DNA of 64,000 bases from the human T2T-CHM13v2.0 reference genome, Homo sapiens: NCBI RefSeq assembly GCF_009914755.1, contig NC_060934.1; one strand, 5' to 3'. Below are positions 39,621-54,652 of the stretch, one piece after another. Made by a program: the position numbers and the translations under genes. The notes beneath the pieces were generated by a model. That model saw only the letters and a list, made by a program, of their open reading frames with translations. It was not told where the DNA came from and ran no database searches. Positions within the stretch are counted from its first letter, which is position 1, and each line of letters begins with the position of its first letter.

Positions 39621-41164
39621 ATCTGTATCCACAGCATGCAATCAGATAGCTGGTAAGGCAGCCTGACTAAGTAGAAAGGCCATTTGACAGAAGAGAAAGT
39701 ACCTGGATTCTAATATGGGTGCTCTCATGGAGCTATGTGTTACCCTGAGAGTCAAGGAAGAGTACAAATTCTCTTGTCCTTAGCTTCAACCTTGTCAAGC
39801 TAGGGGGCAAAATTATATAATCTCTAATGCCCTAATAGTTCAAACACTTTATGATTTTAACTGCCCTTCTGCCACTATGAAACATTGTTTACTAAATAAA
39901 GAGCACTTGTCCAAATTTGCTGTGTGAAAAATTCAGCCTGAACACTGTCTTTTATATGTGCTACACAACCCTTATGTAAGAGCATTGGGAAAGTCATGGC
40001 CCTTTTCACAGTGAACTGTCCAGTGAGATTTATCTATAAAGCATTGAGAAGTTTGGTACAATAACTGTCAAATGACAGGCTTATAGAAACAGAGATGAAA
40101 CCCAGAAAACTAGAAGAAATCGTGACCTGTGCACCTATATTATCCTGCACTGATTTTTCTCTTTTTACCAGGTAGATTCACAGAGATGGAGTCTAGTATA
40201 TTAAATCATGAGTATTTGTTTAAATTAATCACTTAAAGCACACAAAAAGCAGATTAGAAGTAAAAATAAGTAATGCATAACCTGGGCATTTTCTCTAGGT
40301 TCTCAAAATTCACTGCTTTTCACAGTTCAATTCCATTTGAATTTAAGCCAGTTTTCCTCTGGGTCTTACCAAACTATCTTTAGAATTTAGATAACCCTGG
40401 TTATGCTCTGAGGAAAATAAACAAAAAGAAAGCCACATAACACAAAAACAATGTTCACTTTAAAATTTAGCCAAGAACATTCAGAACTGGCAGAGATTCT
40501 GATATTCCAAAGATTTCCAGGCAAATATTGCAAGCTTTAAGCATTCTATTTTGAATAGTGAAACATTTATGCCATTCTAATTGACACTGTAATTTTCAAC
40601 ATATCAGAATAATAGATTGCATTCAAAATTTAGCATCTCTGTAGCTCCAACACAACCTCCATATTAGAACTCCAGATGTTCAAGCAGTCATCACTGCCTG
40701 ATTGTGCCAGGTAAGACTTGGTGTTAATTTGCATTTACACATAAAAAGAAGGCTTCTAAATCTAAATTGGGATCTTCCTCAGTATTGGTCAGAATTAAGT
40801 ACTTACAATAATTTCTGTTTTTTCCATGAGTTCTTAACTATATGAGTAATCACTACGGTTTTTTTTACTGAGGCCCAAATCATAGCCAATGATGGAGAGT
40901 TAATTATACTGAAGGACAATGTAGACAGAACAGATTTTTCTTTCTTCTCCCTGGTCTGTATCACAGGGAGGATCTGTACCTTCCTCATATGAACATAATG
41001 ATAGTAGTCATGTTCATTAAGCTTGTACTAAGTTCTACGTACTTGACCTAGATATTATTTCATTTGATGTTTATAATAACCTATGGCATAGATACTTTTT
41101 AGATGAAGAAATTTAGATGAAGAAATTGATTAATCGAATAATTTGAGAAAAAAATCTACGTAAC

Positions 41165-41549
41165 TGTATTAGTTTGTTCTCACACTGCTATTGCTATAAA
41201 GAAATACCTGAGACTGGGTAATTTATAAAGAAAAGAGATTTAATTATCTCAGGCTGTACAGGAAGCATGGCTGTGGAGGCCTCAGGAAACTTACAGTTAT
41301 GGCAGAAGGTGAAGGGGAAGCAGGCACTTCTTACATAGCCAGAGCAGGAGGAAGAGAGGGAAACGGGTAGGTACGACACACTTTTAAGCAACCAGATCTT
41401 GGGATAACTCATTCACTATCACCAGAGCAGCACCAAAGGGGATATCCATCCCCATGATCCAGTCACCTCCCACCAGGCCCCACCTCCAACATTGGAGGTT
41501 ACCATTTGACATGAGATTTGGGCAGGGGACACAGACCCAAACCATATCA
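41165..41549 (-). mobile_element. MSTA-like solo LTR
   Basis: tgtattagt...accatatca termini; exact 5-bp TSD GTAAC (41160-41164, 41550-41554). Confidence 0.92.
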
Positions 41550-42419
41550 GTAACCATAAATCCTGAGCTCCTGTGTGCCATACCATGGCTCACTTTGGGC
41601 ACTCTCAAGCCCAGCTACCCAGTTGATTGGACCAGCTGGACTGGGTGCAGGCTAAAAACCCCTTTTTGTTACTAACCACTCCCTTCTAAACTTGCTCCAT
41701 AGACTTGTTCTTCCTCTTTCCTAGATGAAATCTTGTGCAGATAGTATACCTTTCCAGTCTTGATCAATCACAATAACAGCCTCATTTTAATCCATTACAA
41801 TTTCCTATATAGTGAAATATCAAAATTCCAAACTTCTCCTCCCCCAGCTTTATCCTCTATCAGGCTTGACAGTTGCATTGAGAAAGCACGGTATGTGTGG
41901 GCTCATTTTATTTTGCTTGGTCATTTTTTCCTGTACTCAATCACTGCTTTATCTGATCAGGGGAAAGGGTCTGAATTTAACTGGCTGGTCCTGGTGTCAT
42001 GGGATGTTGACACCCTCTGATTGAAGCTGACATCCAGAGCTGACTCTTTCTGCTTTGGACACTTGTTGAGATTCCCCTGGGGGCTCTGGCTGAGAAGCTC
42101 CTTAAGGACCTCTCTTCATGCAGGCACATTTCTCCTCCCATTGGCTGCCCAACTCTGTCATGCTCAGACCCTATGCTGGTGTCCCTTTCCCCTCAAAGTG
42201 GTCTTCTTGGATTGGCTGCAAGTTTGGTCCCCTTTGTCTTATTGTCAGTAGAAGAACAAGTAGATCTCGATGCAGCCACCTCTACTCTGTCGTCAGGCTG
42301 AAACTGTTCCAGGCATAGCTTTAGACTCCTCAGGCACCACAAGTTCTTTAAACTATGGAAGACATGGGCAAAATTATTTGATTCTCATAAATTAGATCTT
42401 ATCACTTGGCTTGAAGGAA

Positions 42420-42887
42420 GGTTATGGGTTGAATTATGTCCCTTCAAATTCATATTTGCAGTCCTAACCCCCAGTACCTGAGACTGAAACCTTATTTGGA
42501 AATAGTCATTGCAGTTATAATTAGTTCAGTTAAGACAAGGTCATGCTGGAGTAGGATGGGCCCCTAATCTAATATGACTGATGTCCTCATAAAAAGGGGG
42601 AAATTTGGACACAGACTGCACCCAGAAAATATGCCATGTGAATATAAAAACAGAGATTGGGGTGATGTGTCTACAAGCCAAAGAACACCAAAGATTGACA
42701 GCAAACCACCAGAAGCTAGGAGAGATGCATGGAACAGGCTCCTCCTCCCAGCTCTCAAAAGGACCCAACCCTGCCAACACCTTGATTTTGGACTTCTAGC
42801 CTCCTGAACTGAGAGACAATAAATTTCTATTGTTTAGGCCACCCACCCTGTAGCACTTTGTTATAACAGCCCTAGGAAGCTAATACA
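42420..42887 (+). mobile_element. MLT1C-like solo LTR
   Basis: gttatgggttgaatt...ccttatttggaaatag...caataaatttct...agctaataca. Confidence 0.9.
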
Positions 42888-43619
42888 GAGGGGAATAAAC
42901 ATCCTGTGCCCCTCTCTCATGCCCTCATGGGGAGAAATGGAACAGAGACTGCCAGATAAATTCTTTTTCAGTCTCTCCAAATTCAACCTCTTACATTAGC
43001 TAGAGGTGGACAATCAGCTAATACTCACAAAACAGATTTTAAACCACTCCCTTCACAAGTCCTGCCTGGATGATCTTGCACCTCACTTTAGAATGCAAGG
43101 GTTCATGGAACCTAGTGCCAATCAGCCATCCTAGTTTCTTTATTCATGGGAATAAGTGCACCAAGTGAGCACTCTTGACTCATGCTGCCTTGGGTCCAGG
43201 CTCTGTGCTGAGATGTGGCTTAAATTTTATCTCTTTTCCCTTTTTGTCTTCTCGAGTCACAGCAGCTAGTTGTGGATAACTTCAGGATACTAAATTAAAG
43301 GTACATCTTATCCTAGCAGTAACAACTTTGTAATAGCTGTCAGTGATGGTGGGGAATTAAATAGGGTGGAGGAAAAGGCAGAGAACTAAGATTTATTAAG
43401 CACCTATGTGTGCTAGGGTCCATGCTGCATATTTTATATGCATTATCTTCCTTAATTATTACACCTCTGAAAATAAGCATTAAGATTAGCTTTTGAAAAG
43501 AGGAAATGAGAGCTCAGATATATTACCCAAATTGTATGCATTTCACTAAAGCAGGGCTGGACCTATAATCAAATCTATATCTGTCAAATCTCTTACTCAA
43601 AAAATCCAGATCTCTTACT

Positions 43620-43773
43620 CAGGACTTACTACATAAGTTTTGGATCCCAGTGCAAAATGAAATGTGAGGCTCCTTGTTAAAAGATCATGAAGAGTTTCAA
43701 GGTGGTGACTGCAGAGCGTGAAACCAACTGCTCTGGTGTGGCTGCCCAGGTTGCAAACCTATGAAGCCAGCCT
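43620..43773 (-). mobile_element. MER45A-like MITE
   Basis: cccagtgcaaaatgaaatgtg...gagtttcaag...caggttgca..cctatgaagccagcc. Confidence 0.65.
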
Positions 43774-46199
43774 TCTTTGATTCTTCCACAACACTCTGCT
43801 GGGGAAATGTTGATGAATCTGAATGCTTCACAAATCTTATTAGCTGGCTTTAGCATCTCATTGATCCTGTGTGTTACAAGGGAGAAAATAAATTGATATC
43901 TGTATCACTACACTTCTCAAAGGTATATTGACCTAGTGTTCTCTTTGAAAGATTAGCATCCCATAGGTTTTCAATGGATGGGCCATTTATCTAGCTCACC
44001 TAAAGGCTATTGGGCAGTTTTTGGAATAAGTTGTTGCATAATCAATTTTGGTACTTATTCTTTGTTATGCCCCTTTTGCAGAACTTCAATGATTTCATCA
44101 ACATTAACTTAAGTTTTGTTTAGATGTATCTAAAACTTAAAGTGTAGAAAAATTTTTGAATGGAATTTAAAATGATCACATTGAGAACATTATCATTAAA
44201 TCTTGCTATTTTAAAATGTTTTCCAAAGATTAAGGTAAATAGAGCTTTAAAAACATGTAAGAAAATCTTAAATTTTACTAAATCTTCTCAAGGTTACTCT
44301 CAGATGGGAAAATAGTACTGCAACTTTCAGAGATCATTATGTTAACAAGATCAAAATGGTGCTACACCAAGTGGAAAGTGATTATTTATTACCAGCATGT
44401 TTTGCTGTTTAAGATTCTTAGTTTCTTATATGCAACCCAGGAACCCTTAATTGTCTTCCCTGTCAGCTCATTTTGACAACCATTCATTTTTTAAAATATC
44501 AAACTGAAAAGAAACAATCTCCTGGTTGTAATAATTATATACAGCTGATTTCTCTCTGGTAGATAATGCTAGACAAAGACAAGGCATTTATCATAGATAA
44601 ACACACTGAGGCAGGGCTGAGACAATCAAAGTGAAAGATCTTTTTTCTTGTGAGGCAGTTTTATTCCAGTGACCTTATTTCTGTTATTCAAAACCACTAA
44701 GAGGAAACTGATGAATATTTGAGAAAGACAAATAACTCTGGTGCCCCATATTACTCCTAAAAATATATAAATGTCCTGGTTTAAAAATCAGATATGCTAA
44801 TTTATTTAAATGCAGGAGTTCCAAATGAAAAATATCTTTGAGGAAGCCCCAGGTTATTTTCCTCCTGGCTTTCAGGAATGAAATTAAACAATTAAATATC
44901 AGAAAGCATAAAATGACTTTAAATTGTTTTTTAATCCAGTGATTTATCAGGTCACAATCCAGGGCCATAGTGAAGTTGAGTGGCGCTGTTTTCACTTGTG
45001 CCTTCATGTAAGTTGGCCAGTAACTATCTGTTGATTGGATTTGGCTGTATTCTCAATGAAAGCCTAGTGCTCTAGAAAAGAATGAGCTTGGCAGTCAGAT
45101 GGGGAAACAACAACAACAAAATTACAATAATCTGCCTAATTTTATTGCTGGGAGAAGACAGGGAAGAGAAGCCAGGAAAAAAAAAATTCAGATAACAGAA
45201 AGGAAGAGGCAGAGTGGAAAGACAAAGAAATTGTCAGGGAAGAAGAATGAGAAAAATACCAGGAGTTCAAGCCAAGGATGGATTTAAGTTTGTTGGCTCA
45301 AATAAGTAAGAAGCTCATTAGAAGTTCCTACTCTAGAGGAGTGGCAAAACCAGGCAGGATAATTTTTCTTTAGAAACATGTCTGATTTCTTTTGTTATTT
45401 TTGCAGCTATCATCATTAGATGTTTGTTCATTCGAGAATATAAACTCATAATTTAACATGTTACCTAAACTAACTTGCCTTACTAAATTTAATTCTGTGA
45501 TCCAAAGCCCAATCTGTGTTTATTTTTAATAAAAGTTTTATTTAAAAATAACCAATAGCTTAGTTAACAGCTGTTCTCTCAAGGAACACAAGATAACTTC
45601 CTTCCACTCCTTTTGTCCATGGGCAGCTCTGTGTGAATGGAAAGGTACCAAATAAAGCCATTTTGTTATTTCTATCTTGGTGTCAGATATTAAATTTGCA
45701 GTGTAAGGTTACAAAAAGCACAAGCTGCCATTTCACTTTGGGCAAATTTGCTTCAAAATAATAGCTAGGAAAATGAAGACTCAACCTTTATGGCAACAAT
45801 TCAATAACAGAGAGGTGATCAGGTCACACGACTGCACCAACATTCATCACTTAGTGTGATCACACAGGTATTATTCATTTGGCATCACAGAAATGAAGTC
45901 ATTATAACCAAGGGCTGTGTCATCAGATCAGCATCTGCTGCTCTAGAAAGAAGCTCCTCATCTTTGCCTAATGGTTTATATTTGAGAAAGGTCTCAGTAC
46001 CCAGAGTTTAACAGTCCATGTCATTAGCCTGTAACTATTTTTTTTAGAAAGTCACCTCATCCATTTCCTTTATTACCATATTTCTCATGCCGGAATGTCA
46101 GAAGTCATAAAACTTGTGATATCTTGCAGGACACATTAGGAAATGTGTTGGAATGTGCTCATTGGATTGATTCAGCTCTGGGGGAACAAGCCCTAATAA

Positions 46200-46645
46200 A
46201 ATAACAGTAGACCTCAAAAATTAGGTTCCAGTCCCAACTCTGACATGAGCAAGTTGTACCCATGGATGAGTCATTTAAATTTGTTCTTGGTTTGCTTATT
46301 TGAGAACAAATTAGCTCCTTTTCCATTTCATCCATTTCTTGTGAGGATCAAATGAAATCGTGGCTTTGATATGAGTGCAAAACATTACACGAATGTAGGA
46401 GTGTGTGCTCTGGAGTTAGATTACCTGCGTCCAAACCAGGGCTCCCCTATTTGCTGGCTGTGTAACCTGGGGCAAGTAGGATAACTTCTCACATGTTCTC
46501 ATGTGGGGAAGATTATGATTGCGATAATAATAATAATTAAATCTATCTCCTAGAACTGTTTTGGAGATTAATTAGGATAATGTTGTAAAGTAATTAATAT
46601 TCTTCTGATAGAGAAAATAGCAAACAACTATTAATTGTTACTGTT
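46200..46645 (+). mobile_element. Two tandem MIR fragments
   Basis: ggttccagtcccaactctg...gtgaggatcaaatga; ctctggagttagattacctg...gctgtgtaacctggggcaagt. Confidence 0.65.
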
Positions 46646-47146
46646 AGAGAAACAGAAATTCAAGTCATTCCATGCATTTTAGTATACTTCTATGATGCTT
46701 CCTTCAGTAGATTTTCAATAAAAGGCTGTTGGATAATAGTAAATTGAACACTGTATTTATCTTTAGGGTCAAATAAATACCAATGACTATATTTACTGTT
46801 TTTTTTCATAATAAGCCTTTTGATAAATTATCTATAATTTATAACTGTCAGAGAAAAGTTCTTCTTTTTCAAAAAATAGCACTATATTATTTAAAAGAAT
46901 TATAAATATCTAAATATGTGAATCATTGTCACGTTTTCACTTGCCTGATACACTAAGGGATCACATAAATTATAATGAATTATAAAATCAGAGAAGAAAT
47001 TGATCAAAGAATCAGATTTTTTTCCAAAGGACTACTTGTCTGTTAGAATTTGCTTAAATTCTTTCTGATAGAAAGTGCTTCCTGATGCAACTCATTCTCT
47101 GTAACCAAAGAAAGAAACATATTTGCAAAATTTTCAGATGGATTAC

Positions 47147-47545
47147 TGATATGGTTTGGATATTTGTCCCTTCCAGATCTCATGTTGAAATGTGATCCCC
47201 AATTTTGGAGGTGGGGCTTAGTGGGAGGTGTTTGGGTCATGGGAGGGGATCCTTCATGAATGGCTTGGTGCCATCCTTGCAGTAATGAGTTCTTGCTCTA
47301 TTAGGTCATGCCAGAGCGGGTTGTTTAAAGAGCCTGAAAAACCCCCCTCTCTCACCATGTGATACATCGGCTCCCCTTTGCCTTTCCACCATGATTAAAA
47401 GCTTCCTGAAGTCCTGACCAGAAGCAGATGCTGGTGCCATGCTTCTTGTACAGCCTGCAGAGCCATCAGCCATTTAAACCTCTTTTCTTTATAAATTACC
47501 CAGCCTCAGGTATTCCTTTATGGCAACACAAAATGGACTAACAAA
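47147..47545 (+). mobile_element. MSTB-like solo LTR
   Basis: tgatatggtttggat...agaagcagatgctggtgccatgcttcttgtacagcctgcag...aaatggactaa. Confidence 0.9.
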
Positions 47546-49072
47546 ACTACCTCTCAGTTTCAGAAGGTCCCATTTGATTCACTGATTTTAATTTTTTTAC
47601 TAGTTAGAGATTCCTATGGAGAAAGGACTCAAGAGGTCACCTAGTTTCTTGAGTGCTTTCCTACCTTCACAGATTATATTGTCTGGAAAAGATCAATCTT
47701 GACTCTATTTGCATTTTCAAAAGTATTCATTGATGAATCTTCTAAATTTTCCCTTTAGAATTCAGTCTTATGTCTAACAAATTTCTAGGTGGTAGATTGG
47801 AATTCACAGAGGGTGGATAAAAGGTTATTAACATTAATCTCCTAGGCCCTTCATATATAGAGGCATATTTACCCTGTTTGCAAAGTAGGTCAAGCTGTAA
47901 CTCTTAAATTTGTGACAATGTTGGTTTTCTCAACTAAATTTAAATTTTCTGGAGGACAAGCCACTTTTCATAGACCTTGGCGATAGACCAAAGAATCTAG
48001 CAGAAAGACAAAGAGATGGCAGCTTCTCAACAAATGCTTTAGAATGGTCTTAAACCAAGAGTCTCTAAATAGATATTATTTATTATCTAGACCCAAGGAT
48101 TGGAGCAGAGGGCAGGAGGTGAATGGGAAAGAATGAGGAAGAAGGAAACGTATTTATTGAGTGGCCAGTGTGCATCAAGCATATTGCTCTTTACTGTATA
48201 CATGCAGTATCTTGTTTTTATCATATCAGCCCTATGAAGTAAATACTGTGACACAATTTTATGGATAGAATTAAGGCTCAGAGAAGTTACATGAGTTATC
48301 CAAGATCACAAGACCAGTATGTGGTCAAAATGCAAGTCCACCTGATGCCTTCCCATGCTCTTTTCTTGTTCACGCAGGATTATAACATATCACAGTTTAT
48401 TATATATCTCATCATATGAATAGAAATATGCCAGTTATGTTAAGCAGAAATTATGCACTGTGAAACCTTGAACTAAGAAATGAACCTGTGATTTTAGGTG
48501 TTTTTTCAATTAAACAAGAAAGCCTAAAGAAATGTTAAGCCTATTGAGCAATATAGCATATCATTTATATGAAGCATATTTATCTCAAAGCTGGTTGGAT
48601 GCTCTGTATAGGAAAAACATTAAAATTGTTCTGCTTCACTGAAGTTGAGTGGGGGGAACTGCAGGTTTTCTTGGGAAATCTTCCAGCTGTTCAGTGTGTG
48701 CTGAGAAGAACATTCCAGGCTCCTGAAGCAGCTGCCAGTGTCCTTGGAACTCAGCAGAGAGACAACAGGCTGCCAGGATCATGTGTACCTGTTGTCTCCA
48801 ATTCCTGCCTCTCTGAGGATCTGTGACTTGCAGCTCATTGGCACCACCCCTCTGCTGGTATTTAGTATTGACAGTCTCAGCTCTACTTCTCCAATTTTAA
48901 CCCCCAAAGGTCTCTTGGCAACTCTCATCTGCTATTATTATTTCCTCTTTCATCTTTTTTTTTTTGCCCTTGTCGATTTTTTAAACTTCTGAACTTTAAT
49001 TTAATAGATTTTATTTCCACAGACAATGAAGATAATGCATGTGTTCAATGTAATATACAAATATTATTTTGG

Positions 49073-49366
49073 TGCCAGCCATGGTGGCTCACACCTGTAA
49101 TCCCAGCACTTTGGGAAGCTGAGGGAGGTGGTTCACTTAAAGTCAGGAGTTCGAGACCATCCTGGCCAACATGGCAAAACCCCGTCTCTACTAAAAATAC
49201 AAAAATTAGCTGGGAATGGTGGCTCATGCTTCTAATCCCAACTACTCAGGAGGGTGAGGCAGGAGAATCACTTGAACCCGGGAGGCAGAGGTTGCAGTGA
49301 GCTGAGACTGCGACACTGCACTACATGCAGTGGGTGGGTGACTCTGTCTCAAACAAACAAACAAAC
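49073..49366 (+). mobile_element. Alu (AluS)
   Basis: Full dimer; TSD AAATATTATTTTGG on both sides. Confidence 0.95.
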
Positions 49367-49439
49367 AAATATTATTTTGGGGTATGTGTATGTGTGCATA
49401 TGTGTGTTTATTCTAAGCTTTCTTATTGAAATTTTTTTT

Positions 49440-49570
49440 AATTTCTTATTTTTAAAAATAAAAATTGTGGGTATATAGTAGATGTATATATTTTGGGGGT
49501 ACATGAGATGTTTTGATACAGGTATGCAATGTGAAATAATCATGTCATGAAGAATGGGATATCCATTCTC
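49440..49570 (-). mobile_element. L1MA/L1PB 3'-terminal fragment
   Basis: ttgtgggtatatagtagatgtatat...gtacatgagatgttttgatacagg. Confidence 0.8.
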
Positions 49571-51259
49571 TATGCCGACATATCTTATTTCTACTACAGT
49601 TTCTAATTACTTCCCTAACTACTCTGCTTTTTTTCTTCTTTTCTTGTCCCCTAACTTCCATGACTTTCTGTATTCCCTGTCTTAGAATGCTCATCCTTCT
49701 CAAAGCTTATATTCCCTTATCTCCAGACATAACTACAGTTCTGATTATTAAGCCTCAGTCTCCTATGTCCAGTTACTCATAGGACATCTTCATTTGGACG
49801 TGCTTCCCTCCTTCAAGTATGAAATGCCCACCCCATCATGTCCTCACAACAGGGCACCTTATTTCCATTCCTGATATAGGCACCCTTCAAAATAGTAATA
49901 ATAGAAGACATTTATTGAAAGCTTACTGGGCAAGCCATTACCCTAATCTATCTTTCTAAGGAAACTGAGGTTGGAGAGGAAAGGTAAATGCTGTGTCTCA
50001 CAGCTAGTAAGTCGTAAGTGATGGAGCCACAATTTGAAGTCAGTCTCACTATAGGACATGTACCCTTTCCCACACTGCTTTGTTTTATACTTATCTTTGA
50101 ATAACAGGAATCAGTTTCATCCCTTAATGTCAGGATAATGACATTTAGGTTGGCCAATTTAGGCACTGCTATACACATGGGATGTATCCAATAAATATGT
50201 GTTGTATCTACCACACGGCCCTCTAGACACATTTCGGAGTGAAGAGTTATGTTTAAATCACATGTCTTAAAAGGTATGATTCCCAAGCATTAGTGATGAA
50301 AATTACTGTGGAAAATACCTGTCATCCAGAGAGCTATGTTTGCAGAAGAAAGGCCATTTTTAATCTAAGCTAATTGAGGACACGGAGGAAAAAAGAAAGT
50401 AAATACCCTCAACTCATGGTATTTCAGCATTCCATTGCATTATATCCTGCAGTGTTTGCTCTTATTTCAAGTTTGTTCATTTGTTTTTATGCCTCTCACT
50501 ATCTCTGTTGTCCCTTTAAGATTTAAATCTTCTGAGGGTTCCTTTTCTCTTTAAGTCACTTTGAATATTATGTAGGCCACAGCATGCCTCACACCAGAGA
50601 CAATGAGATGCCTCTAGATGATTAGAATTCAAATGATTAGAATTCAGATAGAAGAAAAGAGATACAATTATTAATCAGTGAAACGTGTAAGAAATCACAT
50701 TTGGACATTACAGTTATTAATTTGCTTTAAATATTTTTATTAGGTGGCAAGCACTCTTCATGAACTTAGAGATTAAGACTCACAATGTATTTCTCTATAC
50801 TTTAATTGCTTTTTCATCTGAGTTTAAAAATGTGATCCTTGCTCAGTTTTTGAGCTGTAGTTGAAGAGTGCATCAGGACAGGAACTAGTGGAAGTGAGTT
50901 GATATCTTTATTCCTCAGGCAATGAATAATAAGTAGTTTGTTGGTAATTTCCATTAATCTGTGAGACAGACAGAATATTATCATGCACTTCACAGTGTGT
51001 GTCAGCAATTCTGCCATTTCTAGAAACATAAAATTATCCATGTCTATTTTTCATAAAAACCTTAATTTTTACAGTCTTTCAATGGCAATTTAGTTTTGTC
51101 CAAAATTCATAAAATTGACTTGTCATAATTCTCCAATTAAATTTATCCCAACTCAAAAAATATTCTAATTGCTGTATACACTAAATAGAGGAATTTATAC
51201 TTAGAATTCACAACTTTTTTGCCCTAAACAATCAAATAAGCAAAATTATATATAATATG

Positions 51260-51266
<7 letters not shown>

Positions 51267-51309
<43 letters not shown>
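51267..51309. repeat. (TA)~21 microsatellite
   Basis: Read directly. Confidence 0.95.
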
Positions 51310-51312
<3 letters not shown>

Positions 51313-53767
51313 TTAAAAATTACGGTAAAATTGCTGTAGAAAATTCAGAAAAAAATATATTGAAACTATTAGTTAAATCTTTCCCCATTCTGTACCTAAT
51401 TTTTAGAAAAAGTTAGAAAACAGTAGGACAAAAGACTGATATTGGGAGTGGGAAGCTTCAAAAATGAACCTGCTTTCTGGATCATTCATTTAGCAAATTA
51501 CTTATTGAGGCTTCACATGTCTCAGGCCTGTGCTAAGGTGCTGAGAACATTAACCTTGCCCTCAGGCTATTGCCCTCAATCTTCTGTAACATGAGCTCTT
51601 TGTGATGGTTTGTTCTTATTTGGAATTCTCAAAATACGTATATTCTGGGAAAAGATCAGAGATGATGGTAACGGTCGTAAAAGGGAGACAGCAAAGTATA
51701 CACGGTCATGGGGTTTGGGCTCTGGGTTCAGATGCCTGCATTTAAATCTTGGCTCCCTTATGGATGAGCAATGCAATCTTAACCTTGACTGCTCTGTGCC
51801 TCAGTTCCACATCTGCAAACAGGAATAATAATGCTGTTTAATTCATAGGGTTATTTGATGATTATGTGAAATACATGCTGAATAAATTTTCATTATCCAC
51901 GTTGTAACTAACAAAATTAAGTTTCCTCCCCCGACAACTATAGATCTTAGAGCAGGAGACAGCAGCATATTTTTCTCAACGTTCTGTCATTTCATAATTT
52001 GTTGGTCATAAGAAACAAAGGCAGCATTAAATTGTCTTGTGGTCTCGGTTGTAGTGTCAGGGTAAAATCAGTTATAGGTCAATAACCTGGCTTTATTAAC
52101 ATAACACCTGGGTGATACCTGACTGGCAGGTATTTCCTGCATGCCTGCATCCCAGTGCTATAACCTGCTCAAGGACACAGAGCGCTCCTTACTTAGCTCT
52201 GTAGCCTCAGCACCTAGCGCAATCCTTTATACACAGTAGGCATCTGATATATGTGAATTGCTCAGATACATTCTTTTTTAAAAAATACTTTTAGTTAAAA
52301 ATATACCTTTACTAAATTATAAACTTATTACATGCACTTGTGGATCATTTGGAAACAACGGAGCTTAAAAAAACTACAAGCTTAAAAAATTGAAATCACC
52401 TATAACCCTATTATCTAGCAATAACCATTAACATTCTCTTATATGTCTTTCTACTGTTTATCCATGAGTACATACCTTTATTTATTTATTTATTTATTTA
52501 TTTTCAGAAAGACAATCATAAACACTACTTTTGGTAGCCTACTTTTAATTCAATAATATTTAACTCATATTTGTCCAGGTAATTACATAGTCTTCTGAAA
52601 CATATGATACAAGTTATCCCATGTTTATTCTTGAACATTTCAATCGTATCCCATTTTATGCCTTTGTATTGAAATCACTGTAGTTAAGTACTGACATGCT
52701 CCTTGCTGTCCCCTTGCCTCTGCCAATGTGCTTCCATACTATTGTGTGCTTAACTTACTACAGAGCCTACCTATGTCATTAGGTTTTTCTGTTTTTTCCT
52801 CTTTTTCTCCTCATCAGTCAACATCCTCCATGAAAAAAGAGACCCTATGTATTTTTACCATTTCAATCTTAGTTTGAAGTATACTGCTTGGCTGGTAAAG
52901 GGTATTCAATGTATATTTGTTGAACAGATGAATGACAGGTATTACTTTCATAGGATAATGCTAAAAAACCCATTCTGAAATTTCATATAAAGGTTTATTC
53001 TTTGGAGGTAGGTGTGCCTGGGATATGAGCATGGAGAAGGGATATGAAGCTTGGGGTGACTGGGGGGTGCAGAGTAAAGTGAGGGAATCGAGGAGTGATC
53101 TGAGACTGGGAGCTGAGGGGCAGGGGAGAAGAATCTGGGAAGGGGAGTGAAAATTTTTCAAATGACTCATCTTTTCTTTTCATGCTTTTCATCAATAGCT
53201 TCATTTATTCTCACTGACCTTTAAAACAAAATTATTGGAAGGAAAGGGAAGGAAAACAACCTTCATTTACCTCTTAGGGGATTAAGTAAATGGGGGCGTG
53301 TTTGCTCCTATTTGGGACTGTCTGAATTATATTCAAATAATCCAATTCCAAGTTTTGACATGTTTAAAAATATTCCAGCTGTGTATCTAGCACATATTAA
53401 TGGGGAAGGGAAGGAACCAATGTTTAGGGAGTGCCTTCTATATGCCAGGGATGTTTCTAAATTATTGCATTCAATAGTTGCAATTCAACTATGGACCATA
53501 TGATTGGTGCATCCACTTCCTCAGGTCTGAATATCAGAGAGGATGAATTCTCTGGTTAAATGAGGAAATGACATACAGCTAATGTTAACAAATTCTAAAT
53601 TTTCTGGAACAGTGAGGCTTTTCTATGTTTAGGTATGTTTTGGATGATTAATTTAGAAAGTGGAAAATAAAAACACTCATCCATAGAAATAAAACCATTT
53701 AAATACTTAGCCTTAAGAAGAGAAGATATTTTACCAACACCTGAAGGAGATATATAAAAAGTTAAAA

Positions 53768-54425
<658 letters not shown>

Positions 54426-54652
54426 TCATAATTTTGCATTTACAAAGTGTACATTCAAAGGCAATTAATTACATGGCCTCACACTTTTTAAATTTAGTAG
54501 GAGTGTCCTTCTTATATTAACTTTATTTTAATTAGAAATGTATGAAACTAACAGGAGTTATAAACTTTTGACTTTATTGTTTTTAACTTAGTAAGTGCTT
54601 TTATTTATTAATTACTAAATGTCAGGCCAGAACCAATTATGTGTTTGTGTGT

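Noticed and set aside
42490-42499. CArG boxes CCTTATTTGG (42490) and CCAATTTTGG (47199)
   Set aside because: Both lie within MaLR LTRs (the first is consensus-derived) and have no independent support.
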